This document shows, one piece after another, positions 26,731-34,619 of a stretch of 64,000 nucleotides of DNA. The translations under genes and the position numbers were made by a program. Source of the stretch: Myxococcota bacterium. Its GTDB lineage: Bacteria; Myxococcota_A; UBA9160; SZUA-336. The notes under the pieces are model-generated. The model did no database searches. It was not told the DNA's origin and saw nothing but the letters and a program-made list of their open reading frames with translations. Positions within the stretch are counted from its first letter, which is position 1; each line of letters opens with the position of its first letter. The stretch is from positions 96,001-160,000 of the forward strand of contig CBDFGR010000003.1 of NCBI GenBank assembly GCA_965247115.1. Reading direction: 5' to 3'.

Positions 26731-29276
26731 TCGCCTTGCTCCGCGAGTCGCCGCAGGCGTTCGAGCTCAACGAGGGCTTCGAGCGGCGTCATCCCGTCTG
26801 TGTCCAGCGCTCGGAGGGCGGTCCGCAGCGGATCGGGAGCTCCAGAGAAGAGCTGAAGCTGCGCGGGAGCGTCCCCCGCTTCGCGGGCCAGCCGCGGAGT
26901 GCCGCGATCGTCAAACTCTCCTCCTTCGAGATTTGCAAGGATCTCCCGTGCACGGCGGATCGCCTCAGCGGGGAGACCCGCCATCCGCGCTACCTCGATG
27001 CCATAGCTGCGACTGGCGGCACCCGGCTCCATGCGCCTCAGGAAGAGGACCTCGCCGTCCCGTTCCGCACACGCAAAGTGAAAGGTCTTCACCGCCTCTT
27101 TCGTGTGCGTCAGGTCCGCCAGCTCGTGATAGTGGGTCGCGAACAACACCCGGGAACGCAAGCCCGGAGCGTCGTGCAGATACTCAGCCACGGCCCAGGC
27201 AATCGAAAGGCCATCGAAAGTCGACGTGCCTCGCCCGATCTCATCAAGGATCACGAGACTGCGCGGGCTGGCCTGATCGAGAATCGTGGCCGTCTCGCGC
27301 ATCTCCGTCATGAAGGTGCTCTCCCCGGTGACAATCGAGTCGGAAGCGCCGACCCGCGTGAAGATCCGATCCGCGACCCCGATGCGTGCGCGCCGCGCCG
27401 GTACGAAGGCGCCCATCTGGGCGAGCAGGGTGACCAGCGCGACCTGGCGCAGGAAGGTCGACTTCCCGGACATGTTGGGACCCGACAGGATCAGAAAGCG
27501 TGCGTGAGCCGGCTCGAGGACCACGTCGTTCGGGATGAATCCGTCCGGCGTGAAGCGCTCGACGACCGGGTGCCGACCGCCCTCGATCTCGATGCGCAGG
27601 GAGTCGTCGAGCTCGGGCCGCACGTAGTCGCCCTCGCGCGCCACCTGCGCGAGCGACTGCGCCACGTCGAGCTCGGCGATCGCGTCCGCGACCCGACGCA
27701 CACGCCCGGCCTCGCGCACAACGAGAGTACGCAGGTCCGCCAGCACCCGAGCCTCGCGAGCCGCCGCGCGCTCGCGCGAGCGGAGCACGACTCCCTCCCA
27801 GCGCTCGAGCTCTTCGGTCGTGAAGCGCTCCCCGTTCACGGTGGTCTGCTTGCGCTTGTACTCGTCGGGGACTTTGTGCAGGTGGCTTCGCGTCACCTGA
27901 ATCGAGTAGCCGAAGACCCGGTTGTACTTGAGCTTGAGCGAGTGAATGCCGAGCCGCTCTCGCTCGCGCGTCTCGAGCCGCGAGAGGAACTCGTCCCCCT
28001 CCCGCGTTTCCGCACGCACACCGTCAAGCTCCGCGTCGATGCCGGTACTGATGTAGCCCGTGTGCGGCTCGCCGCGCGGAGCCGGCGGCGGGCTCTCGAC
28101 GACCACACGCTCGAGCTCCAAGCGCACCTCGGAGAGGGCGTCCGCCAGGGGTAGAACCTCGTTCACGGCCGCGACTCCCTGCAGGCCCGCACGCAGTCGC
28201 GCGAGCTCTGTGGGACCGGAGACGGGCTGGCAGGCTCGGCTCAAGCTGCGCTCGAGATCCCCCACCCGGCTCAGAGCGGCCGCCAGCGCGGCACGGCGAC
28301 TATCGGGCTCGAGCCACTCCTCCACGCGCTGCTGGCGCGCTCGGATGGCATCCAGATCGATCAGGGGCTCCCCCAGCCAGCGTTCGAGCCTGCGCCTGCC
28401 GAGCGGCGTCCGCGTCTGATCGAGAAGCTCGAACAGGGTCCCCCCGCGGCCACCGTCACGCAGGTTTCGGAACAGCTCCAGGTGTCGGCGCGTCGACGCG
28501 TCGAGCAGCAATCGGTCGTTCGGCTCGTAGCGGCGCAGCGCACCGACCTGGTCGAGCGCGCCCGGCTGCAGGCTACCCACGGTGGCCCAGAGCGCCGCGG
28601 CCGCGCGGGCCGAAAGCGAGGTGTCGCCCTCGCAAAGTCCCTCGGGCAGGCGCCCGACGCGTTCCCTGACGGAGGCGGGAACAAAGTCAGAGTCGGGGGC
28701 GGGGCGTACCCGGACCTCTGGCGGGAGGTTCTTCTCGGCCCCGCGGGCCACGATCTCACGCGGTGCGATGCGGTCGAGCTCGGCGTCTTGAACCGCGCGC
28801 TCTGTCGTTTCCGCTGCTGCGAACTCACCCGTCGACACGTCGAGGTAGGCCAGGCCGAAGCCCTCAGAATCCGAGATCACAGCTGCGAGATAGTTCGGGG
28901 CTGCACCCTCGAGGCGTTCGGGGTTGGAGACGAGGCCAGGAGTCGCGACCTCGACGATCTCGCGTTTCACCAACCCTCTGGCCTGGCGCGAGTCCTCGAC
29001 CTGCTCCGCGATCGCGACGGATTTTCCCGCCTTGAGAACCTTGCGGACGTAGCCTTCCAGCGCGTGGAAAGGCACGCCGCACATCGGCATGGGATTCGGC
29101 GCGTCCTTGTCCCGAGAAGTCAGGACGATGTCCAGCAGCGGAGCCGCCTCCTCCGCGTCGGCGCCAAACAGCTCGTAGAAATCCCCCATCCGAAAGAACA
29201 GCAGCGCCTCCCCAGCCTGACGCTTGAGACTCCGGTACTGCCTCATCATCGGGGTGTCCGTGGGCTGCCGCGCCAT
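26727..29276 (-). CDS. mutS: DNA mismatch repair protein MutS
   Basis: TPMMRQY, FFRMGDFYELF, GPNMSGKST, STFMTEM, DEIGRGTST, FATHYHEL. Confidence 0.97.
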   Translation of the reverse strand: MARQPTDTPMMRQYRSLKRQAGEALLFFRMGDFYELFGADAEEAAPLLDIVLTSRDKDAPNPMPMCGVPFHALEGYVRKVLKAGKSVAIAEQVEDSRQARGLVKREIVEVATPGLVSNPERLEGAAPNYLAAVISDSEGFGLAYLDVSTGEFAAAETTERAVQDAELDRIAPREIVARGAEKNLPPEVRVRPAPDSDFVPASVRERVGRLPEGLCEGDTSLSARAAAALWATVGSLQPGALDQVGALRRYEPNDRLLLDASTRRHLELFRNLRDGGRGGTLFELLDQTRTPLGRRRLERWLGEPLIDLDAIRARQQRVEEWLEPDSRRAALAAALSRVGDLERSLSRACQPVSGPTELARLRAGLQGVAAVNEVLPLADALSEVRLELERVVVESPPPAPRGEPHTGYISTGIDAELDGVRAETREGDEFLSRLETRERERLGIHSLKLKYNRVFGYSIQVTRSHLHKVPDEYKRKQTTVNGERFTTEELERWEGVVLRSRERAAAREARVLADLRTLVVREAGRVRRVADAIAELDVAQSLAQVAREGDYVRPELDDSLRIEIEGGRHPVVERFTPDGFIPNDVVLEPAHARFLILSGPNMSGKSTFLRQVALVTLLAQMGAFVPARRARIGVADRIFTRVGASDSIVTGESTFMTEMRETATILDQASPRSLVILDEIGRGTSTFDGLSIAWAVAEYLHDAPGLRSRVLFATHYHELADLTHTKEAVKTFHFACAERDGEVLFLRRMEPGAASRSYGIEVARMAGLPAEAIRRAREILANLEGGEFDDRGTPRLAREAGDAPAQLQLFSGAPDPLRTALRALDTDGMTPLEALVELERLRRLAEQGE

Positions 29277-29394
29277 CTCGCCGTCTCCTCCCCTCGCGGC
29301 CAGTCTACTGTAGCGGCAGGACCGCGGCCGCCCGGCCCGGTCGAGCTTGACCCGGCGCTTGACCCAGTGTCGCTGACTGCGGTAAAGAGAGTTC

Positions 29395-29481
29395 GTGCGT
29401 CGACTGGACCCGAACGCGTTCGCCTTTGCCTATTACCGCTGGTTTACCAGCGGGGCACGAGGGACCTGCGCGATCCAGTAG
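29395..29481 (+). CDS. Aromatic amino acid leader peptide (28 aa) MRRLDPNAFAFAYYRWFTSGARGTCAIQ
   Basis: GTG at 29395 to TAG at 29481. Six aromatic codons within nine positions (F3, Y2, W1), immediately upstream of an intrinsic terminator and DAHP synthase. Confidence 0.85.
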   Translation: MRRLDPNAFAFAYYRWFTSGARGTCAIQ

Positions 29482-29540
29482 AACGCATCCGCAGGTAAGA
29501 CCCTTTCCAGCCCCGAGAAGAGTTTCTCGGGGTTTTTTTT
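29436..29540 (+). promoter_or_regulatory. Ribosome-mediated transcription attenuator
   Basis: 1:2 hairpin CCGCTGG/CCAGCGG (29436-29453). 2:3 antiterminator CGGGGC(29451-56)/GCCCCG(29510-15), AGGG/CCCT and ACCTGCG/CGCAGGT. Mutually exclusive 3:4 terminator. Confidence 0.82.
29511..29540 (+). terminator. Rho-independent terminator of the attenuator
   Basis: CCCCGAGAA-GAGT-TTCTCGGGG followed by T8. Confidence 0.9.
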
Positions 29541-29582
29541 CGCCGGGGCCAGACCCGGCTCCAGCTAGCGAGGAAGCTCCCG

Positions 29583-30677
29583 ATGCAAGAACAACTCGAC
29601 GGCGCAGGCCCCACCCTCCTGCCTTCGCCCGCAGAGCTGAAGACCCGGCTCCCCAGGGGAAGCGCGGCTCGGGCCGTGGTGAAGTCTGGCCGCCGCGCGA
29701 TCGCGGACGTCCTCCACGGCCGCGATGCTCGTTTCGTCGTGGTTGCTGGCCCCTGCTCACTCCACGACCCCGAAGCGGCCCTGACCTACGCGCGGCGCCT
29801 GGCACGGCTGGCACGCGAGACGAGCGACGTGCTGGCGATCGCCATGCGCACGTACGTGGAGAAGCCCCGGACGGCGCTGGGCTGGAAGGGTCTGGTCAAT
29901 GATCCCGACCTCGACGGCTCGTGCGACATCGCGCTCGGGCTCGAGCGCAGCCGACGGCTGCTGCTCCAGATCAACGAGCTCGGGCTGCCCTGCGCCAGCG
30001 AGATCATCGATCCGATGACCCCGCACTATCTTGGCGACCTGCTCAGCTGGGCCGCGATTGGCGCACGTACTTCGGAGAGCCAGACCCACCGTGAGCTGGC
30101 CAGCGGACTGCCCATGCCGGTGGGCTTCAAGAACGGGACCTCGGGGGCGCTCGATGTTGCGTGGAACGGAGTCGTAGCGGCGCGTCGACCGCACAGCTGC
30201 TTCGGACTGGACTCGCACGGACGAGCTGCGCAGCTGCGTACTCCGGGGAACCCGGACGTGCACCTCGTCCTGCGCGGCGGTGGCGGTCGCACCAACTTCT
30301 CCGTCGAGGACGTAGCAAGCGCCAGCGCACGCCGGAATGGTCTGGCGCGGCCGCTGTTGATCGACTGCTCCCACGACAACTCCGGCTTCGACCCGGGGCG
30401 TCAGGCAGGCGTCTGCCGGGCGGTGCTCGAGCAGCTGCTCGACCGCGGAGAGACCCCGATCCTGGGGATACTGCTAGAGAGCCATCTGCTCCCTGGCCGG
30501 CAGGACTGGGCACGCGGTAAGCAGCTCGAGTTCGGCGTCTCGATTACCGACGGCTGCATCGGCTGGGAGGAGACCGAGGCCCTGCTCTACGAGATCGCGG
30601 AGGCTGTCGCCCGCTCGAAACGACAGCGCGCTCCAGATACCCTGCGCCTCGGAACAGCCATGAGGGAGTGTTCGTGA
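29583..30677 (+). CDS. DAHP synthase, type I-alpha (AroF/G/H-like)
   Basis: [54 protein letters not shown]. Confidence 0.95.
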   Translation: MQEQLDGAGPTLLPSPAELKTRLPRGSAARAVVKSGRRAIADVLHGRDARFVVVAGPCSLHDPEAALTYARRLARLARETSDVLAIAMRTYVEKPRTALGWKGLVNDPDLDGSCDIALGLERSRRLLLQINELGLPCASEIIDPMTPHYLGDLLSWAAIGARTSESQTHRELASGLPMPVGFKNGTSGALDVAWNGVVAARRPHSCFGLDSHGRAAQLRTPGNPDVHLVLRGGGGRTNFSVEDVASASARRNGLARPLLIDCSHDNSGFDPGRQAGVCRAVLEQLLDRGETPILGILLESHLLPGRQDWARGKQLEFGVSITDGCIGWEETEALLYEIAEAVARSKRQRAPDTLRLGTAMRECS

Positions 30678-31141
30678 GCGAGCGACCGTTCTCCGTGCTA
30701 GGGCTGCAGCAAATCGCGATCGGCTCTGACGACAAGTCGAGGCTGCACCGTCTCTGGGTGGAGCTCTTGGGGCTGCAACAGAGTGGAAGCTTCAAGAGCG
30801 AGTCGGAGAACGTCGACGAGGACATCGCCACGCTGGGCTCGGGTCCCCGCCAGGTGGAGGTCGACCTGATGCAGCCGATCGATCCCGACGCCCGGCCGCG
30901 CGTGAGCACGCCCGCGCTGAACCACATCGGGCTCTGGATCGACGACCTTCCAGCAGCCGTCCGCTGGCTCGAAGAGCAGGGCATGCGCTTCACCCCCGGC
31001 GGCATCCGCAAGGGCGCCGCAGGACACGACGTCTGCTTCGTCCACCCCGTCGCGAACGACGAGTTCCCCCTGAGCGGCGAAGGTGTCTTGATCGAGCTCG
31101 TCCAGGCCCCCCCCGCCGTCATCGAGGCCTTCCGCCCATAA
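30674..31141 (+). CDS. VOC family protein (methylmalonyl-CoA epimerase/glyoxalase-like)
   Basis: [48 protein letters not shown] overlap with the DAHP synthase stop. Confidence 0.85.
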   Translation: MSERPFSVLGLQQIAIGSDDKSRLHRLWVELLGLQQSGSFKSESENVDEDIATLGSGPRQVEVDLMQPIDPDARPRVSTPALNHIGLWIDDLPAAVRWLEEQGMRFTPGGIRKGAAGHDVCFVHPVANDEFPLSGEGVLIELVQAPPAVIEAFRP

Positions 31142-31214
31142 CTTGGGGACGGTCCTTAGTTATAACTCTTCCGCGCTTTCCAAGAGTTATAACTAAGGAC
31201 CGTCCCCAAGTTAT
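31138..31214. repeat. Perfect 33-bp inverted repeat (REP doublet-like), 11-nt loop
   Basis: ATAACTTGGGGACGGTCCTTAGTTATAACTCTT (31138-31170) and its exact reverse complement (31182-31214), between convergent genes. Confidence 0.92.
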
Positions 31215-31226
31215 TCCAGGTTTGGG

Positions 31227-32966
31227 TTAGCCCTCGTAGACTCGGTCGCCGCGGTGTAGGCGGAGGGCGATGGTGGCGGTTTGCTGGCCCGCTCGTCGGG
31301 TCGGGCAGTGGGCAGCCAGGTTGCGGACGACGCCGACCAGGATGTGCTCTGCCTCGGCGCCCCCGTTCCAGGCCCGTGCTTGCCTGACTCCAGCCTCGAG
31401 CACCTGCAGGGAGTGGAAGTCGAGGTCTTCGCGCACGGTCGCGAAGGTGAGGGTATCTACCAGCTCGGCAAAGGGGTGTCCCAGTCTGACGTAGCGGGCT
31501 ACCAGTCGGGCAGTTGTCTCGATCTCTCCTCTGCGGTCGAGGTGGATCAGCAGTGACTCCTGTAGCTCCTTGGCACTGTCCGGGAGCTCATCGAGCTCGC
31601 TCCCCACTCCTGGCAGCCTTGCCGGCGGAACATTGAGAAAGCGATCGGTGTAGACCGCGATCGCCGCTTGCAGGATCGCGCGCACCACGTCAGGTGTGGG
31701 GCTGCGCAGGATCGCCTGGTGCACGGCATTGGCGTGGATGAAGGTGTGTTGCGGGTTGAACCAGTCGGTCACCTCGTTGGAGGTCGCGAAGCGCGCGAGA
31801 CGCAGGGCCGCCACGTAGGCGACACGTCGCGCGAGCAGCTCCGGCGTCGCTCCCTGCCGCAGCGCGTCCACCAGGCTGTGGATGATCGCGAGCGGATCGT
31901 CGCCGAGCAAGATGTCGGCCAGATGCTTCGATTCCGTCCACGTCTTGCCCTGGCCCTCACGCATGAGCTCGGAAAGTGAGCGCTCCGCCGCCCGTAGAGG
32001 CTCGACGATCTCAACGGGGTGGTGCCAGTCGGTGCTCTCCTCCTCGCCTCTGGCAGCACTGAGCCGCTGCATGAGCAGGGGCAGCAGCTCCGGGGCTCGC
32101 TCCCAGCCCAGGAGCTCGATCAGCTCGAATGACTTGTTCCAGGCGTCAAACAGGTGGCCCCCCTCCGCATACAGTCGCTCGCAGGCCACCCCGAAGCCCA
32201 GGTCGGCGAGCTCGGCGTGGGAAAGGCAGCGCAGCGCGGTCAGAACCGTGCGCTCGGCACCGTCTCGATGTCGGGTCATGACCCACTGGCGCAGCCACCC
32301 CTTCAGAGCTTCGGCCGGGTGATCGTCCGCATCCAGCGGCTCGCGCTCGCGCCTCGGGACCGAGCCGCTCGTCTCTGCCGCGATCTGCCGGATCGCGTAC
32401 AGGAGCGCCTGGTAGGCTGTCTCCCGCGTCAGATCGGGATACAGGTTCGCGACGCAGCTCAGCCGAACCATCCCTTCGGTCCAGCTGTTCAGGTTCGCGC
32501 TCCCATAGCGCGCGACCTCGACCGCGATCCCGTCGAGATCCCCCCCGGAGTCGATCAGGCAGAGCAAGCTCTTGGCCTGCACGAGCGGGATGTTCTGCTC
32601 CATTCCCAGGCGCAGGCGACGCCGGTGGTACGCGGCGTCACGCTGACGGAACGGCTCGCTTGCGACGTAGACCTCGTCTCTCTCGATCCGCGTCTCGAAA
32701 CGCGGCACGTCGTCGGCCCAGAGGTCGAAGGTACAGCCGCTGCGCAGGTCGAAGCGCGCCTGATGCCAGTGACAGGTGAGGATGCCGTCCCGCACGGTCC
32801 CCTGATCGAGTGGAAAGCCCATGTGCGGACATCGGTTGTCCACCGCCCACACATCCGCTCCGTCCGCGAAGACAGCGATCCGTTGGCGCCCCGCTCGCAC
32901 CGTCACGGCACCCTGTGTCTCAAGCTCACGCAACGTGGCCACGCGTACGAAGTCGGGGCGGCTCAT
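31227..32966 (-). CDS. Rieske (2Fe-2S) domain protein with a large helical C-terminal region
   Basis: NRCPHMGFPL and TCHWHQARFDL Rieske ligands. AAGGAG RBS. About 470-aa helical region containing several His motifs. Confidence 0.85.
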   Translation of the reverse strand: MSRPDFVRVATLRELETQGAVTVRAGRQRIAVFADGADVWAVDNRCPHMGFPLDQGTVRDGILTCHWHQARFDLRSGCTFDLWADDVPRFETRIERDEVYVASEPFRQRDAAYHRRRLRLGMEQNIPLVQAKSLLCLIDSGGDLDGIAVEVARYGSANLNSWTEGMVRLSCVANLYPDLTRETAYQALLYAIRQIAAETSGSVPRREREPLDADDHPAEALKGWLRQWVMTRHRDGAERTVLTALRCLSHAELADLGFGVACERLYAEGGHLFDAWNKSFELIELLGWERAPELLPLLMQRLSAARGEEESTDWHHPVEIVEPLRAAERSLSELMREGQGKTWTESKHLADILLGDDPLAIIHSLVDALRQGATPELLARRVAYVAALRLARFATSNEVTDWFNPQHTFIHANAVHQAILRSPTPDVVRAILQAAIAVYTDRFLNVPPARLPGVGSELDELPDSAKELQESLLIHLDRRGEIETTARLVARYVRLGHPFAELVDTLTFATVREDLDFHSLQVLEAGVRQARAWNGGAEAEHILVGVVRNLAAHCPTRRAGQQTATIALRLHRGDRVYEG

Positions 32967-32977
32967 TGGAGCTCCTT

Positions 32978-33034
32978 TTTATAAAGATATCACTTTATAA
33001 ACACTAGCGTGACGCTTTCTTGAACTCGGGTCAA
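32978..33034 (-). promoter_or_regulatory. Operator-like inverted repeat and candidate promoter of the Rieske gene
   Basis: TTTATAAAG-N6-CTTTATAAA (32978-33001). Minus strand TTGACC (33034-33029), 17 nt, CACGCT (33011-33006). Confidence 0.6.
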
Positions 33035-33121
33035 GCAGAAACCACCCAGTGTTTGACGCGATTTTCGGGGACGCCGCGCTTTTCAACGGGGTAGTCGAGT
33101 CTGGGACTATACTCGTCTTCG

Positions 33122-33490
33122 ATGGACCACCCGCAGCGAAAGACTACGAAGTCGCACGTCGCGCGCCTGCGCAAGCTCTGTCTGCGCTACCCGGAGGCGG
33201 TCGAGGTGGAGCAGTTCGGCGGGCCGTGGTGGAAGGCGGGAAAGAAGTCCTTCTGCATCTACGGTGCCGACGGCGGCCGCTCCGGCGCAGCCTTCAATCT
33301 GTCCGCCATGGATCAGGTACTCCTCATCGAGGACCCGCGCTTCTCGAAAACTCGCCACCTGGGGCAACACGGTTGGACGACCATGCAGTTCGATGGGGCG
33401 GTGGACTGGGAAGAGGTCGAGGAGCTGATCGACGTTGCGTATCGGCGGGTGGCGCTGAAACGCATGCTCAGGGCGCTCGACGGCGCCTGA
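33122..33490 (+). CDS. MmcQ/YjbR family protein
   Basis: LRKLCLRYPEAVE, KKSF, HLGQHGW, DWEEVEELIDVAYRRVA. Confidence 0.8.
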   Translation: MDHPQRKTTKSHVARLRKLCLRYPEAVEVEQFGGPWWKAGKKSFCIYGADGGRSGAAFNLSAMDQVLLIEDPRFSKTRHLGQHGWTTMQFDGAVDWEEVEELIDVAYRRVALKRMLRALDGA

Positions 33491-33503
33491 CGGAGGTTAC
33501 GCC

Positions 33504-34145
33504 ATGCTGAAATTTGTCTTTTTCGTGAAGCGCGCCGACCACGTCACACACGACGAGCTGGTCGGGCACTGGCAAGAGGTCCACCTGCCCGGCGTCTCGG
33601 AGCACCTGCGTCCGGACCACTACCGCGTGACTCTCTTCGACCAGAGGGCCGAGACTCCCTTCGATGGGATGGCGGCGCTCTGGTACGCCGACGCGGAGCG
33701 CGGCCGTCACATGCTGGGCGAAGGCTCGCCTGTAGCCGTCCGCGACGACGGCTTCCTCGAGCGCGTCCAGACGCCGCTCGTCTCGCTCGAGTGCGAAGAG
33801 CACCTGATCGTCGATGGCCCCCGACCCGAGGAGGCACTCAAAGTCACAGGCCTGGTCAGCGCGAAGTCGGGTATCGACCGCCAGGACATCTACCAGCACT
33901 GGCTGGACGTGCACGCGCCGAACGTGGCGAGAGAGCTTCGGTCCACTGCAGGCGGCCTGCGCTATGCGGTGTCGTTCGCGACGCAAGGGCCGAGTGAGCC
34001 GGAGTTCGCGGGTATGGCGGAGCTGTGGTACCAGAGCGCTGACGCCTCGCGCGCTCATGCAGAGAAGCTCGAGGACGACGGTTTCGGCCGCTATACGGGC
34101 GCGGCCACCATGCTCATCGGGCGAGAGATCGTCGGGGTCGCCTGA
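33504..34145 (+). CDS. Tandem EthD-domain protein
   Basis: Two repeats: HWQEVHLP...FDGMAALWY and HWLDVHAP...FAGMAELWY. Confidence 0.8.
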   Translation: MLKFVFFVKRADHVTHDELVGHWQEVHLPGVSEHLRPDHYRVTLFDQRAETPFDGMAALWYADAERGRHMLGEGSPVAVRDDGFLERVQTPLVSLECEEHLIVDGPRPEEALKVTGLVSAKSGIDRQDIYQHWLDVHAPNVARELRSTAGGLRYAVSFATQGPSEPEFAGMAELWYQSADASRAHAEKLEDDGFGRYTGAATMLIGREIVGVA

Positions 34146-34188
34146 CTCGCCTCACTCCAACGCGGAGCACAGTGATACACTCGGATGC

Positions 34189-34602
34189 ATGATGAATGAA
34201 CAGGAACGTGAGGCGTTCTTGAAGGAGACACGCCTGGGAGTTCTCAGCACGCTGGACGAAGGGCGTCTTCCCGTTTCCGTGCCGGTCTGGTTCGAATGGG
34301 ACGGCCAGGTCGTCCGGATGTTCTCGGGCAATGACACCCCGAAGGTGAGGCGTCTCCAAGCAGACCCTCGAGGATCGCTACTGGTGGTGAATCACCTTCG
34401 CGAGCAGGAATCGTGGCTCGCGTTCGACGGCGAGATCGCGATCAGCGACGAGGGCGGATTGGCCCTGGCGGAGCGGATCGCACCGAAGTACTGGGACCTG
34501 AGCGATCCCGCGCGGGCCAACATGCTAGAGGAATGGCGGAAGAGCCCCGAAGCCTTCTGCTTGCTCACGCTCACGCCTTCGCGCGTACGGACGGGCAGCT
34601 GA
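34189..34602 (+). CDS. Pyridoxamine 5'-phosphate oxidase-like (PPOX class) protein
   Basis: EREAFLKE..LGVLST, PVSVPVWF, KVRRLQADPR. Confidence 0.8.
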   Translation: MMNEQEREAFLKETRLGVLSTLDEGRLPVSVPVWFEWDGQVVRMFSGNDTPKVRRLQADPRGSLLVVNHLREQESWLAFDGEIAISDEGGLALAERIAPKYWDLSDPARANMLEEWRKSPEAFCLLTLTPSRVRTGS

Positions 34603-34619
34603 ATCCATAGCCTTGCAAG

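Noticed and set aside
31145..31170. Resemblance of ACGGTCCT..TATAAC to the 23S rRNA I-CeuI region
   Set aside because: Word order differs and there is no other rRNA similarity.
32976..33003. Possible dif/Xer site (arm-6-arm layout, xerD in the window)
   Set aside because: Arms lack the dif inner ATAA/TTAT positions and the TTATGTTAAAT XerD arm. The position next to an RBS fits an operator better.
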